Source: Ignavibacteria bacterium UBA7675
Lineage (GTDB): Bacteria; Bacteroidota; Ignavibacteria; Kapaibacteriales; UB7675
Length of the DNA: 64,000 bases
Direction: 5' to 3'
NCBI GenBank assembly: GCA_002483085.1
Contig: DLHF01000073.1
Coordinates: 10,703 to 74,702 of the forward strand
In this document: in pieces, positions 1-9,980 of the stretch
Numbering within the stretch: position 1 is the first letter of the stretch
How the letters are laid out: the number at the start of each line of letters is the position of its first letter
Notes under the pieces: generated by a model
What the model was told of the DNA's origin: nothing
Database searches by the model: none
The model's input: the letters and a program-made list of their open reading frames with translations, nothing else
Program-made: the position numbers and the translations under genes

Positions 1-427
1 AACGGTACTTGTCGATGTTCGGAAGCATCAGCAAACCGCCTTCGCTCCGCTGCAACACAATCTGATTACCAGTCACCGACAACAGTTTTCCCGTCAAACG
101 CTCGTTGTTCTCGCCCGTCAGTGTAATCTCGCGGTCGATGTACTTTTGCAGAATCTTGTCCAAGCTCACCAGATCGTACTGGTAGTTCTGCTCCAGCACC
201 GAGCCATTCAGCTTGATATGCACGCTCGTCGGGTCGATGAGCTGCGCCACATCCACAATCTTAATCTCCGACGTTCCCGACGCTACATTCACCGTCCGTT
301 TGTCTTTGACCACACCCAGATTGTTGTTGTACACCGTTACCGCCACCGATTTCTTTTGGCTTTCTTGTGCGTGAACGCCTTGTGTGGCGATAGTAGCTGC
401 TGCCAGCAAGAGAGCAAGTGTTTTCAT
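1..427 (-). CDS. DUF4139-family secreted protein, paralog 2 (N-terminal 142 codons only; 3' end lies beyond the left window edge)
   Basis: Minus-strand ATG (cat at 425-427). It translates to MKTLALLLAAATIATQGVHAQ (signal peptide) followed by SQKKSVAVTVYNNNLGVVKDKRTVNVASGTSEIKIV..., which is nearly identical to the N-terminus of the upstream paralog at 508..1899. Nucleotides 1..~400 are about 93-95% identical to 1477..1880. Confidence 0.6.
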   Translation of the reverse strand, partial: MKTLALLLAAATIATQGVHAQESQKKSVAVTVYNNNLGVVKDKRTVNVASGTSEIKIVDVAQLIDPTSVHIKLNGSVLEQNYQYDLVSLDKILQKYIDREITLTGENNERLTGKLLSVTGNQIVLQRSEGGLLMLPNIDKYR

Positions 428-462
428 AGTATAAAAAAAAGAAAAAATGACGTATGAACAGC

Positions 463-492
463 GGTAGGGGCAGCGCTTGAGCTGCCCCTACC
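463..492 (-). terminator. Perfect 12-bp-stem hairpin (GGTAGGGGCAGC-gcttga-GCTGCCCCTACC) between the two DUF4139 paralogs; candidate terminator or attenuator
   Basis: The inverted repeat was read directly. On the minus strand a T-rich tract (TTTTTTCTTTTTTTT) follows, but only after a spacer of about 15 nt, so it is not a canonical intrinsic terminator. Confidence 0.35.
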
Positions 493-507
493 GCCCCATG
501 CCCACAA

Positions 508-1899
508 TTAATAGCTCGTCCGCACAGTAAACTCCAATGTCGTTTCCTTGCCCTTGGCCACAGGAATACGGAACAGCGCTGTCTGTGCGTTTTTCTTCTC
601 GTAGTTGTGTGTCTTGTTCAGGATTTCCCAGTTCAGACCTAAGTTGCGCTCCACTTCCACAACAACATCCTCGCTCTTGCGGTTCTTCAGCGTGATCTTG
701 TACGTCGCGTCGTTCACGCGTTCGCTGATGCGCTTGGAGTCCGTCATCTGGTCTTCCACGACAATGTCGAAGGCATCGCCTATGCGCAGCGACACTGTTT
801 CCTCGCGCGGCGTGTGGTCGATCATATCCTCGCCGATAAACTCGATGCTCTCGCCATCGGCTTTGTACAAGCGCACTTTACCTGCGGGCATTGGCTTGCC
901 GAGTTGGTTGCCGTCTTTGTTCTCGAACTCTACCACAACACTCACTTTTGGCTTACCGTCACCACCGCCATTGCGATACATAGGATAATATCCGCCGCCG
1001 CTTCTGTACATGTATTTTTTCGTCACAGCTACATTCGACGCCTCGAACAGCGATATTTGCTTGGTCTCGTTGTTGGCAATAGTCGTCGGGCGCTGAAGGT
1101 TGTATATGTGGTACTCGAAAAAGCTCTTTTCCTGAAACTGGTCGGGAGCCGAACTGGCAAATTCCATTTCCATGCCCTTGCGCCGGTAGTCCTGCATCGG
1201 AGCGGGTTGCTGGATAATATTCACATCACCTGCTACCAGCTTAAGCGTTGCGTTCTCATACGTTGCGCCCGAATTGTTCTCCACGCTCACCCACGAGTTC
1301 AAGTCCATCTTCGTGTCCGCAGAGTTCAGAACCGCTACGTACTCCGCGTGCCAGTTCATGCCCTGAGTTTGGTACGATACTTCCACGTCCTGATTCCCAC
1401 TCTTCGGCGCGTTCACCGTCCACACAAGCGTCGGGCGCGTCATTAAGCCTTGCGGCAGCGATTCCACGCTCAAACGATACTTGTCGATGTTCGGAAGCAT
1501 CAGCAAACCGCCTTCGCTCCGCTGTAGCACGATCTGATTGCCCGTTACAGACAACAGTTTTCCCGTCAAACGCTCGTTGTTCTCGCCCGTCAGTGTAATC
1601 TCGCGGTCGATGTACTTTTGCAGAATCTTATCCAGACTCACTAAATCGTACTGGTAGTTCTGCTCCAGCACCGAACCGTTCAGCTTAATATGCACGCTCG
1701 TCGGGTCGATGAGCTGCGCCACATCCACAATCTTAATCTCCGACGTACCCGACGCTACATTCACCGTCCGTTTGTCTTTGACCACACCCAGATTGTTGTT
1801 GTACACCGTTACCGCCACCGAGTTCTTTGCATCCTGCGCATGTGCTGTCACCGATGTTGCCACGGCTATCGCACTCAGTGCAACAATCACCTTCTTCAT
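508..1899 (-). CDS. DUF4139 (MuiA / mucoidy-inhibitor-like) domain-containing secreted protein, paralog 1
   Basis: 463-aa ORF with the signal peptide MKKVIVALSAIAVATSVTAHAQ. The overall composition (N-terminal DUF4140-like then DUF4139-like beta-rich region) is recalled from the family, not searched. Confidence 0.7.
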   Translation of the reverse strand: MKKVIVALSAIAVATSVTAHAQDAKNSVAVTVYNNNLGVVKDKRTVNVASGTSEIKIVDVAQLIDPTSVHIKLNGSVLEQNYQYDLVSLDKILQKYIDREITLTGENNERLTGKLLSVTGNQIVLQRSEGGLLMLPNIDKYRLSVESLPQGLMTRPTLVWTVNAPKSGNQDVEVSYQTQGMNWHAEYVAVLNSADTKMDLNSWVSVENNSGATYENATLKLVAGDVNIIQQPAPMQDYRRKGMEMEFASSAPDQFQEKSFFEYHIYNLQRPTTIANNETKQISLFEASNVAVTKKYMYRSGGGYYPMYRNGGGDGKPKVSVVVEFENKDGNQLGKPMPAGKVRLYKADGESIEFIGEDMIDHTPREETVSLRIGDAFDIVVEDQMTDSKRISERVNDATYKITLKNRKSEDVVVEVERNLGLNWEILNKTHNYEKKNAQTALFRIPVAKGKETTLEFTVRTSY

Positions 1900-2095
1900 A
1901 ACACCCTCAGATAATTAATAATTCGGGATAGAATTTCTATCTAACAAAGCAATAACGCGCAAAATACGACTATAGCTCCATATCTGTTTCGTGCGCACTC
2001 TTGCAGTAGGAGCACTATAGCAGCAAAATGTTACAATAGCACTACCTGACATTCCGCAGTTGCCACATCGAACAGTGCGCCACACAGACACTTTT

Positions 2096-2195
2096 TTGGC
2101 CTTCTGTCTTCGTCCTGCCGTTCTGTCTCTGCACCGCGCAGACGTCCGCGCATCATTCCGATGATAACTTCCATCTGCTTCGTGGCTGCCCGCCC
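2096..2195 (+). repeat. Intergenic repeat, motif-1 copy F (core TCTCTGCACCGCGCAG ... GCTTCGTGGCTGCC)
   Basis: It shares the conserved core with the copies at 8973, 22310, 34350, 50529, 57533 and 62590. Confidence 0.5.
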
Positions 2196-2461
2196 GTCGT
2201 CCGCGTATTGTTTCTACGACAACACAGCAGCCATCAAGGGCAGACACATAACAGAAAAACCAACAGGAACAATGTATAATTTTCTTGACATCAGCACACA
2301 GTTCGCTCAAATTTCGGAAAATATCTTAAATTGGCACAAGTTTGTACGGCAGGATCACACCGATTTCCTTGTCATTCTATTTCATTAACAAACAGCGCCA
2401 AGCGCTTTTCTGTACCCGGCGCGGTGTATCTGCATCGGGTGGGTACACAACAAGGTCACGC

Positions 2462-4456
2462 ATGAACCTCGGTTGCTTTTTCCAGTGGGCTCTACCTGTG
2501 CGGCGTCTTGCATCGGCAGCCTGTACAATAGCTTTGGTATCACTGTCGGTTCCGGCAGCAGCGCAAACAACGCCGCCAGCCCCCGGCCAGGAGCTTTTTG
2601 CTTTGCACGCACGCGGTGGCTTGCTGAAAAGCTGGTACACCGCCGATTTTCGGAGCTTTCAGGGCGCCATCGACTGCGGTGTTTTTACAGAAGGCGACGG
2701 GCAGGGACTCTCCTTCTCGCTTACTGGCGAGTACCCGCTGGCCAACCGGCTCTATCTCGGGCTTGGCGTGGGCTATGCACAGCGCGGCGGGAGCCTTGTC
2801 AACCCTGGCAGCTTTCCCGCACGCGACACTTCTACAGGCGAAGTGGTGACAGTTCGCACAGAGAATACTATCGAAACAACTCTGAACTATCTGGAACTCC
2901 AACCTGAAATACGCTATACACTCGTACCGGACTTCCTGCGAGGCCCGCTCCGCGCTGTAGCTGCCGTGCGGCTCGCATTCCCGATGACTTCCACCTTTGA
3001 GCAAACGGAATCCATCGTAGCGCCCGACAACGCAGCATTTACAGCAAGTGGCAGCCGCACACGCGAGCGCAAGATCGCCGCCGGAGAAATCTTCAGCAGG
3101 ACTTCGACGGGCATAGGCGCAACCGCAGGCATAGAGAACATGCTTACCATAGGTCAATCTCTCTACTTTACGCAGCAGGTGCTATTCGACTATAATTTCA
3201 GCGATCTCACAACTGATGCTTCATGGAAAACATACGGTATGAGATTCGAGGCTGGCATACGCTATGCCTTTATAAGCACGCCTCCGGCACCGCCCCAACC
3301 GCCGCCGGTACGCGATACCGTGATTATAGAGAAGCCGATTATTGAGCCCCCAGCACCGCCGCCGCCAGTAGCTGTAGTACGCATCGACAATGTGATGAAC
3401 GAAAGCACACAGTTAGAAATCGGCAACGAACTCGTGGCAACGCAGCCGCTTGTCAATGCCGTGTTTTTTGAGAAAACATCGGCGGCCATTCCCGACCGCT
3501 ATGTGCGTACCGTAGGCCGCAGCAAACCAGACGACGCAGTAGCAGCGCATCGCTATATTCTTACAGACATCGCCGAGCTCGTCCGCAAAAACCCCGAGGC
3601 ACGCATTACGCTCCAGGGAGCAACATCGGGCACAAGCGATGAACCGGCAGGGCGCGATCTGGCCGAAGCCCGTGCAGCAGCAGTACGAGAAGCTCTTATC
3701 GGGCTCGGTGTCCCAGAAAACGTGATTACCGTAAAAAGTTCGCTGTTGCCGTCCAATCCGTCTAACCAGGATTTTGAAGAAGGGCGCCAGGAAAACCGCC
3801 GTGTAGACATTGCCGTGCGCAATGCTCCGCTCCAAGAATACATAGCAAAACGCCGCTATGCTGAATTGCATTCGGTAGTGACAGGCAGCGTAACGCTCGC
3901 CAATCTGCCGTATGAAGGCGATGGATTCCTCAGGCTGAATATTGCAGATACGGTTGTGCGTGTTAGCGAATCGGGCGACTTCGCCATTCCGTTTACCCGC
4001 AGGTTAGACGCCTCACAATCGGGCGATCTGAAAGTCGTCGCTACGCTGAAACTTCCCGACCATGCGCTGCAAAGTACCGATGAAGTGCTGCTTTCGCTGG
4101 CTTCGGTACCTACTCGGGAAGTAGACCTCCAGCTCGATTCCTTCGAGCCCATCTTGCGCTTCGATTACGACAAAAGCTCGCTGAGCGATGCCAATAAGGA
4201 TCTCCTGCGGCAAATGGCAGCCGTTCTCCCAGCAGGTACGACGATTGCCATTCTGGGAAGCGCCGATGCTCTCGGAGCAGAAAAGCGCAACGCAGAGCTT
4301 TCACGGGATCGCGCGCTCAATGTCGAAAAATTTATACGCTCGATATCAGGCGATAGGTTTACGATTACATCAAGCGGAGCCGAAGCGAGGTTTCCGGATG
4401 CTACCCCGGAAGGCCGCTTCCTGAACCGCTCCATCCGCGTGCGCGCTGCGAAGTAA
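2462..4456 (+). CDS. OmpA-family outer-membrane protein with an N-terminal beta-barrel-like region, a Pro-rich linker and two C-terminal OmpA-like peptidoglycan-binding domains
   Basis: Internal Met with the signal peptide MNLGCFFQWALPVRRLASAACTIALVSLSVPAAAQ. The linker is PPAPPQPPPV...PPAPPPP. The first OmpA_C motif is ...GRQENRRVDIAVR. The second OmpA-like domain is ...AEKRNAELSRDRALNVEKFI...NRSIRVRA. Confidence 0.8.
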   Translation: MNLGCFFQWALPVRRLASAACTIALVSLSVPAAAQTTPPAPGQELFALHARGGLLKSWYTADFRSFQGAIDCGVFTEGDGQGLSFSLTGEYPLANRLYLGLGVGYAQRGGSLVNPGSFPARDTSTGEVVTVRTENTIETTLNYLELQPEIRYTLVPDFLRGPLRAVAAVRLAFPMTSTFEQTESIVAPDNAAFTASGSRTRERKIAAGEIFSRTSTGIGATAGIENMLTIGQSLYFTQQVLFDYNFSDLTTDASWKTYGMRFEAGIRYAFISTPPAPPQPPPVRDTVIIEKPIIEPPAPPPPVAVVRIDNVMNESTQLEIGNELVATQPLVNAVFFEKTSAAIPDRYVRTVGRSKPDDAVAAHRYILTDIAELVRKNPEARITLQGATSGTSDEPAGRDLAEARAAAVREALIGLGVPENVITVKSSLLPSNPSNQDFEEGRQENRRVDIAVRNAPLQEYIAKRRYAELHSVVTGSVTLANLPYEGDGFLRLNIADTVVRVSESGDFAIPFTRRLDASQSGDLKVVATLKLPDHALQSTDEVLLSLASVPTREVDLQLDSFEPILRFDYDKSSLSDANKDLLRQMAAVLPAGTTIAILGSADALGAEKRNAELSRDRALNVEKFIRSISGDRFTITSSGAEARFPDATPEGRFLNRSIRVRAAK

Positions 4457-4514
4457 CGTTTTATCGTTCTTCTGCGTTCGCTGCTCGCGGTCTTTTCTCT
4501 TTCCAGGGGGGTCT

Positions 4515-7500
4515 ATGAATAGCTCTATACGGTTCCTGCTGTCGCTGCTTATCATTGCGGCAGTAGGCACAATATGTGTGCAGGCGCAAATTTCTATTAA
4601 GGAAGTCAATCTCGACGGTTCCGATATTCCCGGTGCACCCGAGCTCGATAATGCCTCCAATAGGCTGAACTTCGATACGGTGTGTATGCCCGGGCAGCTT
4701 GTGAAGCGTATCAGTATTCGCAATACCGGTAGTTCGCCTACCAGTGCTACGCCTACGCTCGCCTCGCTGTTAGAGCTTGTGTCGAAAGCTCCTACATGGG
4801 CGCTCCTGCGCGATGATGGTACATCGTTTACAAATCCCCTGTTTCAGATTCCCCCGCTGCTTACAAATATTCCCGCCGGAGATCACCGCGATTTCCGCAT
4901 TCGCTTTGCCCCTACTGCTGCAAGCCCGAATACAAATGATCAAATAGCTATCGAGCTTTCGACCTCGCCGGTGCATACGCTTGGCGGTTTTGGTGCAGCA
5001 GTTGTACCTCAAATACTCGCAGTGTCGCCCACAACTCCGCTCTCGTTTCCCACAACAACAGTGGGGCAGCAATCAGCTTCGCAATCTGTCATGCTGCGCT
5101 CGCTCGGCCAGTGCGGTATTCTGATAAGCGATGTCGTCGTCCGCAATGCCGATGGTACGCCCAATCCCAACTATGTCGTTACAAGCAAACCTTCTGCGGG
5201 AACAATAGTATCCGCTGGAATATTCTCCGTGCAGGTTGCGTTTAAGCCAGTAGTGCCATGCGCTCCGGAAGGACGCCTTGTCGTGCTCAATGGAAACGGG
5301 CAACCCACAGGACCAGGTCTGGTGCTGCGCGGTTTGTCTACAGGCTCGAATGTGACGTTCAAGCCCTGGGATGAAATCAAATTGAGGGGCTACGTATTGT
5401 CCTATATCGTGTCGTGGTATATTCCCTTTCCCACTCCCGGTTCCTTTGAAATTATCAACAAGCCGGAGCCAGGCGGCGACCCGTCGTGTATTGCCCCAAC
5501 CACAATCAAAAGAATTGAAATCACTAAAAACACCACGGAGTTCAGCCTTGTGTCGAACCCCGCAACGCCATTTGTTATTCCGGCCAGCGGCTCGCAAATA
5601 ATCAATGTCAATTTTACCCCTGTCACCACTCTTACCCTGTCGGTGCGCACCGGAGAAGTAGCTGTCACCTACGACAAAAACGGCGTCGATGCCACAGTGT
5701 TTATCGACCTCACAGCCAATATCAACGAAGGTAAGATAGAGTTTCAGCAGAATTCGGTCTCTTTTCGGACTGTCGACTTTGGCAAAATCCGACTTGGCAC
5801 GGCATCCGCTGTGCAAACAGTAAAGATTGTTAATACAGGCACATTGAAAATCGACATCGGTAAATCTTCTGTCAATAGCGACTCGGTAGTGTACGCCCTG
5901 CCATTTATTATCCCGCCGGGCGGCCAAGTGCCAAAGGCAACACGATTAGACGAAATAACAGGGATAAATAACACGACATCGTTCAAGATGCAATTTGCTC
6001 CACAAGCCGCGCACTTCGGTCCGCAAAAAGGCTACTACCTCGTAGAAGGCTTGCAAGGAGGCCGATTCAAACGCACGCCTTACGATACGCTCTATGCCAT
6101 AGGCACAGGCGTAACACCCAACTTCCAGCGCAAATTAGACACCGTAGTAGTAGGCTCGACGGCTATTAACCTGACAGCGACAACAACAATCAAAGACTTC
6201 TGGAGCAACAAGCCGGGGCGCGGTATTCAGCTCGCCAATCTCGGCAATGTCGATATTGAGTCGATTACGATTACACCGATCCAACCAGCAACAGCCGCTG
6301 CGGAATTTACCCTAACTCGTACCCAGCCGTTTGCGCTTTCGGAAAACGGCACTTACGACGAAACATTTACTTTTACTCCCACGAGTGGCTCTCCATTAGT
6401 GCACCTTGCACTTGTACGAGTAGTGTACGACTCCGTGGGCAACGACAACAAAGAACTAACCTTTGTTATCAAAGGCAATGTCCTTGCGCCTGAGGTTTCT
6501 GCATTCGAACAAACCATCGACTTCGGCGAAGTCGTAGTTGGTTTTACAGGTACTCCCGTCACACCTGCCGCTCTGCTTACCAATACAGGAACAGCCGAGC
6601 TTGTTGTCTTTAGCCCTGTACTGTCGGACCCCAACACTCCCAAAGTATTTACTCTGAATGCGTCGGAATTTCCAGCAAAAGTACCTATCAACAGTCCGAT
6701 GCCTCCTTCTGGCCTGGTATTTGCCCCCGACGCAGAGAAAGAATACACAGCAACGCTCACGATAAAGACAAATACAGGCGGAAGTAATGCTACCCTTATC
6801 TTCACGCTCAAAGGCAAGGGCATTTTGCCGGGCATACAGTCCAAAGCCACCGAAATAGACTTCGGCAGTGTGCGTATAGGAAGAACAGCTATCGACTCCA
6901 TGTACCTGCGAAATACAGCCCCGAACACAACTCTGAGCGTTACAGGCTTTACGCTGTCGAATAGTACCGAGTTTACCGCAAGTGCCGACCGCACTCCTCC
7001 CTTCGATCTCACGAGCACGTTCCAAGCAGTGCCAGTGAGCTTTACCCCGCAAAAACCAGCAGGACCACGGCTTGCCTCAGTAGAAATCGCAAATACGTCG
7101 CAGCGCCAGCCTTCTCTTGTGCTCAAAGGCGAAGCAGCGCTCGGTCGTATGCAGGCATTTACAACCGGGGTAGCAACACCGGTCGATACAGTGCAGTTTG
7201 GCAATGTGTTTATTCAGCAGCAGCAGTCCACAGAGCTCAGCCTGCGCAATACCGGAACATTTGCTTATTATCTTACCCGGATGGAACTCATCGGCTCCGA
7301 TGCCGACCAGTTTTCCCTCTCGGTAAGTGCGCCCGGCGTGCTGCTCAATACATCCTTTCCCGCCGATTTTTCCGTAGACATAGCAGCCGAAGCAGCACAG
7401 GCTGTTTCATTTTTCCCTACAGTAGCTGGCGAGAAAAATGCTCTGCTGCGCGTTGTCGGGCTCGATCCTGTCTCCGGGCTGGCTGAGGACACAACATTTG

Positions 7501-8939
7501 TCGTCCTGCACGGCAATGCAACCGATCTTGAACTAGCGGGAGACAAAGGCGAAGGTGAGATTATTTTCGGTGATGTTCTTGTAGGAACTACGGCGATAAA
7601 AGGCGGTGTCGACGACAGATTTGTACGCATCACCAATCCCTCCCAAAACGCTGTAGAAATTTTGTCGACAACGATAGAAGGCTCTATACAATTCGCAATG
7701 TCGAACAGAGCAATCAGCATTGCACCTCATTCCTCCGATACCGTGCGGGTGTATTTCAGCCCGGCAAGTGCCACAGCACTACCGACAACAGCATCGGTCG
7801 TTGTAGTATATGCCAGTGGTCTGAGGCGTACAATGTCGGTGTCCGGGCGCGGTGTCGCTCCGGCTGCTCGATTGGACGGCGTTGTGTACACAAGCGATCC
7901 ACAAAAGAAAACGCTCGCGATGAGTACCGATGTAGGGTTTTCCACAACAGCAGCCGTCGTACTTACCAATGAGGGCAGCTATCCGCTTCTGATCTCGGAC
8001 CTCCGCTGGGAGCAAGATGTCTCCCCCTGGCTCTCGGTTGATGCTCTGCCATTTACAGCGTTTTCTCTTCAGCCCGGCAGCAGCCGCACAATGGTGTTTA
8101 CATTCTCGCCAGTAGCACAGGACATTCGCACAGCGCGCTTGCTGTTTACAACGAATCATGTGGCAATGGATGCAGCAGCCGACTCAAGCGCATTTGCTCT
8201 TGAAATCACCGCCGAAGGCATATACTCCGCACCGCCGGTGATTGTAGAAGCACTGCTGCCCGTAAAAAACGGTAAACCAGGCGACCGCGTCGATGTGCCT
8301 CTATCGGTACAATCCACAGCAATGGTAACTGCAGGCATTACACGCATGGAAGCCGTGCTGCGCTACGACCCAACGCTGCTCGTTCCGCGCTCTGTAGCAG
8401 CCGGTGATGCTGCTCCCAGCTTTGCAGCGTCGATAAGCGAGGCTCTTCCCGGCAGAGCAGTTGTTACGCTCGACGGCGGCAGCAGCACACTCGCAAACGG
8501 CACAGCTTTTATAGTGTCGTTCGATATCCTGCTCGGCAGCGCCGTCTCTTCCCCTCTGATTCTCGACACAGAGAATACCGTTGTGACTTCGGCTGTTCCT
8601 GTCGTGCTCACCTCTACAGGCGGTATGGTAGTGCTATCGGAGTTTTGCTCTGCGGATCAGCGTGTGATTGGCTTGGGTGATAGCCCAGTATTGGCATTAG
8701 TAGCGCGCCCCGAGAGCGGCACCATGAGCTTTGCAGTACGCATTCCCACCGACGACCCGGCAACATTAGAGATTTACGACAGCTATGGCCGCACAGTGGC
8801 AGCGCCATTTTCAGGAAGCCTGCCTGCTGGGCTCACAACCGTAGCAGTCGATTCGCGCTCGCTGTCCAATGGCCTGTATTTTGCAGTACTGCGTTCCAGC
8901 ACGATTGTCCGCACCCTGCGCTTTACCATTGTGCGGTAA
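4515..8939 (+). CDS. Giant (1474 aa) secreted cell-surface protein with about 10 choice-of-anchor-D / ASH-type beta-sandwich repeats and a T9SS C-terminal sorting domain
   Basis: Signal peptide MNSSIRFLLSLLIIAAVGTICVQAQ. Recurring 'FG(E/S/N/D)V.(V/I)G...(L/I).N.G...L.(V/I)' modules (for example FGEVVVGFTGTPVTPAALLTNTGTAELVV and FGSVRIGRTAIDSMYLRNTAP). The C-terminus ...LEIYDSYGRTVAAPFSGSLPAGLTTVAVDSRSLSNGLYFAVLRS...RFTIVR is typical of a Por secretion tail. Confidence 0.8.
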   Translation: MNSSIRFLLSLLIIAAVGTICVQAQISIKEVNLDGSDIPGAPELDNASNRLNFDTVCMPGQLVKRISIRNTGSSPTSATPTLASLLELVSKAPTWALLRDDGTSFTNPLFQIPPLLTNIPAGDHRDFRIRFAPTAASPNTNDQIAIELSTSPVHTLGGFGAAVVPQILAVSPTTPLSFPTTTVGQQSASQSVMLRSLGQCGILISDVVVRNADGTPNPNYVVTSKPSAGTIVSAGIFSVQVAFKPVVPCAPEGRLVVLNGNGQPTGPGLVLRGLSTGSNVTFKPWDEIKLRGYVLSYIVSWYIPFPTPGSFEIINKPEPGGDPSCIAPTTIKRIEITKNTTEFSLVSNPATPFVIPASGSQIINVNFTPVTTLTLSVRTGEVAVTYDKNGVDATVFIDLTANINEGKIEFQQNSVSFRTVDFGKIRLGTASAVQTVKIVNTGTLKIDIGKSSVNSDSVVYALPFIIPPGGQVPKATRLDEITGINNTTSFKMQFAPQAAHFGPQKGYYLVEGLQGGRFKRTPYDTLYAIGTGVTPNFQRKLDTVVVGSTAINLTATTTIKDFWSNKPGRGIQLANLGNVDIESITITPIQPATAAAEFTLTRTQPFALSENGTYDETFTFTPTSGSPLVHLALVRVVYDSVGNDNKELTFVIKGNVLAPEVSAFEQTIDFGEVVVGFTGTPVTPAALLTNTGTAELVVFSPVLSDPNTPKVFTLNASEFPAKVPINSPMPPSGLVFAPDAEKEYTATLTIKTNTGGSNATLIFTLKGKGILPGIQSKATEIDFGSVRIGRTAIDSMYLRNTAPNTTLSVTGFTLSNSTEFTASADRTPPFDLTSTFQAVPVSFTPQKPAGPRLASVEIANTSQRQPSLVLKGEAALGRMQAFTTGVATPVDTVQFGNVFIQQQQSTELSLRNTGTFAYYLTRMELIGSDADQFSLSVSAPGVLLNTSFPADFSVDIAAEAAQAVSFFPTVAGEKNALLRVVGLDPVSGLAEDTTFVVLHGNATDLELAGDKGEGEIIFGDVLVGTTAIKGGVDDRFVRITNPSQNAVEILSTTIEGSIQFAMSNRAISIAPHSSDTVRVYFSPASATALPTTASVVVVYASGLRRTMSVSGRGVAPAARLDGVVYTSDPQKKTLAMSTDVGFSTTAAVVLTNEGSYPLLISDLRWEQDVSPWLSVDALPFTAFSLQPGSSRTMVFTFSPVAQDIRTARLLFTTNHVAMDAAADSSAFALEITAEGIYSAPPVIVEALLPVKNGKPGDRVDVPLSVQSTAMVTAGITRMEAVLRYDPTLLVPRSVAAGDAAPSFAASISEALPGRAVVTLDGGSSTLANGTAFIVSFDILLGSAVSSPLILDTENTVVTSAVPVVLTSTGGMVVLSEFCSADQRVIGLGDSPVLALVARPESGTMSFAVRIPTDDPATLEIYDSYGRTVAAPFSGSLPAGLTTVAVDSRSLSNGLYFAVLRSSTIVRTLRFTIVR

Positions 8940-8972
8940 CTACTACTGCACAACTGTATATCGAAAGCAGTT

Positions 8973-9045
8973 GCGCTTCGGCCTCTGCCCTTGTGCATAT
9001 TCTCCGCACCGCGCAGCACATCCGCCGCGTAACTTTGCAGCCTTC
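8973..9045 (+). repeat. Intergenic repeat, motif-1 copy A (GCGCTTCGGCCTCTGCCC...TCTCCGCACCGCGCAGCACATCCGCCGCG...CAGCCTT)
   Basis: Shared core with the other copies; it lies 3' of the giant T9SS gene. Confidence 0.5.
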
Positions 9046-9145
9046 CATCGCTGGTTGATTGCTATGTACAGCCTCATTGTCGATGGCATTGTCGTTGCGT
9101 CGAAGCAAATGACGGTGATACGCTAACCAATCCGGCGAAACAGTC

Positions 9146-9190
9146 AAAAAAAAAAGCTTCCTGTTTACCACAGGAGGCTTTTTAGTTTTT
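9146..9190. terminator. Bidirectional intrinsic terminator (A10-AGCTTCCTG-tttacca-CAGGAGGCT-T5)
   Basis: A near-perfect 9-bp stem flanked by an A-run on one side and a T-run on the other. It sits between convergent genes ending at 8939 (+) and 9212 (-). Confidence 0.5.
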
Positions 9191-9211
9191 ACAAATATTC
9201 CTCTGTATTAC

Positions 9212-9901
9212 CTACCAGTCCTTCTTTGCGATACGAAGCGCTTCAGGCACTCGCCCCTCCAGCACTTTGTCGTTGCCTTTGCCGAGCGGGTCGATAATAT
9301 CCCGGCCAAACAGCACTAATTGCGGTACATTGAGAAACAGTACGACAGTAGTCGCCGATCCCTTAGGAACACCGAGAGGAGAATCGAGCTGCCGGATAAC
9401 AGAGGCCACAGTATCGGCTACGAAACGGAACGGGCTCCACTCGCCCTGCTTCAGCCTTGTACCTTCAAGAATAAACGAAGGCCGCTCAGCAACCGTAAAC
9501 TCCGCATAACGGGCATCAGAGGCGTATTGTATGGCTTCGGCATCGGTAAGCCGCGTGAGTTCCAGCGATACTCCATCGTAATTGCCCAAAGGAAACACCG
9601 ACGAATACTCTTCGCCACCGGGTAGAGTGAGCACTACTGGCGGTCCGATAAGCAATTCGTACCCATCATCGCCTGCTTGCTCGCGGTGCAACCGCACCCG
9701 ACGCACTAATATTTTTGCCGAACTCACCAACAGCGAATCCACACGTGTTGTATCGGTAGAAACGCCAATAGAGCCAACAATCCGCTGCACAAAGTCGGCC
9801 TGCAAGTGCACAACTGGGTCGTCGATGGGATAAGGAGTGTCTTTGCACGCTTGCAGCAGCGACAAAGCAGCAACAAGGCATAGAGCGAAAAAGAATTTCA
9901 T
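9212..9901 (-). CDS. Hypothetical lipoprotein
   Basis: Internal Met giving MKFFFALCLVAALSLLQAC (signal peptide plus lipobox Cys). No family recognised. Confidence 0.5.
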   Translation of the reverse strand: MKFFFALCLVAALSLLQACKDTPYPIDDPVVHLQADFVQRIVGSIGVSTDTTRVDSLLVSSAKILVRRVRLHREQAGDDGYELLIGPPVVLTLPGGEEYSSVFPLGNYDGVSLELTRLTDAEAIQYASDARYAEFTVAERPSFILEGTRLKQGEWSPFRFVADTVASVIRQLDSPLGVPKGSATTVVLFLNVPQLVLFGRDIIDPLGKGNDKVLEGRVPEALRIAKKDW

Positions 9902-9980
9902 ACAGCCTACTACAAAAGAAAAACAGCCCGGGATTACAACCCCGGGCACAATGTATATACAATATCAGATAGCCTGCCTG

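Noticed and set aside
146-457. 103-aa plus-strand ORF at the window start
   Set aside because: It lies entirely antisense to the well-supported minus-strand DUF4139 paralog (signal peptide plus near-identity to its paralog). It has an arginine/histidine-rich composition typical of antisense frames in GC-rich DNA.
2342-2461. N-terminal extensions given by the ORF track for OmpA (2342), the second giant gene (10640), the sigma factor (22561), the hydrolase (31296), the ATPase (60872) and others
   Set aside because: Internal Met codons followed by signal peptides or conserved N-terminal motifs fit better. The extensions are GTG/TTG-initiated read-throughs of upstream non-coding sequence or of repeats.
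3262-3390. Proline-rich low-complexity stretch (PPAPPQPPPV...PPAPPPP) that might look like a DNA repeat
   Set aside because: It is in frame within the OmpA-family gene and is a typical Pro-rich periplasmic linker, not a repetitive element.
5073-7204. Long minus-strand ORFs (284 aa, 283 aa, 198 aa) inside the first giant T9SS gene
   Set aside because: They are antisense to an ORF with a signal peptide, periodic repeats and a Por tail. High GC generates long stop-free antisense frames.
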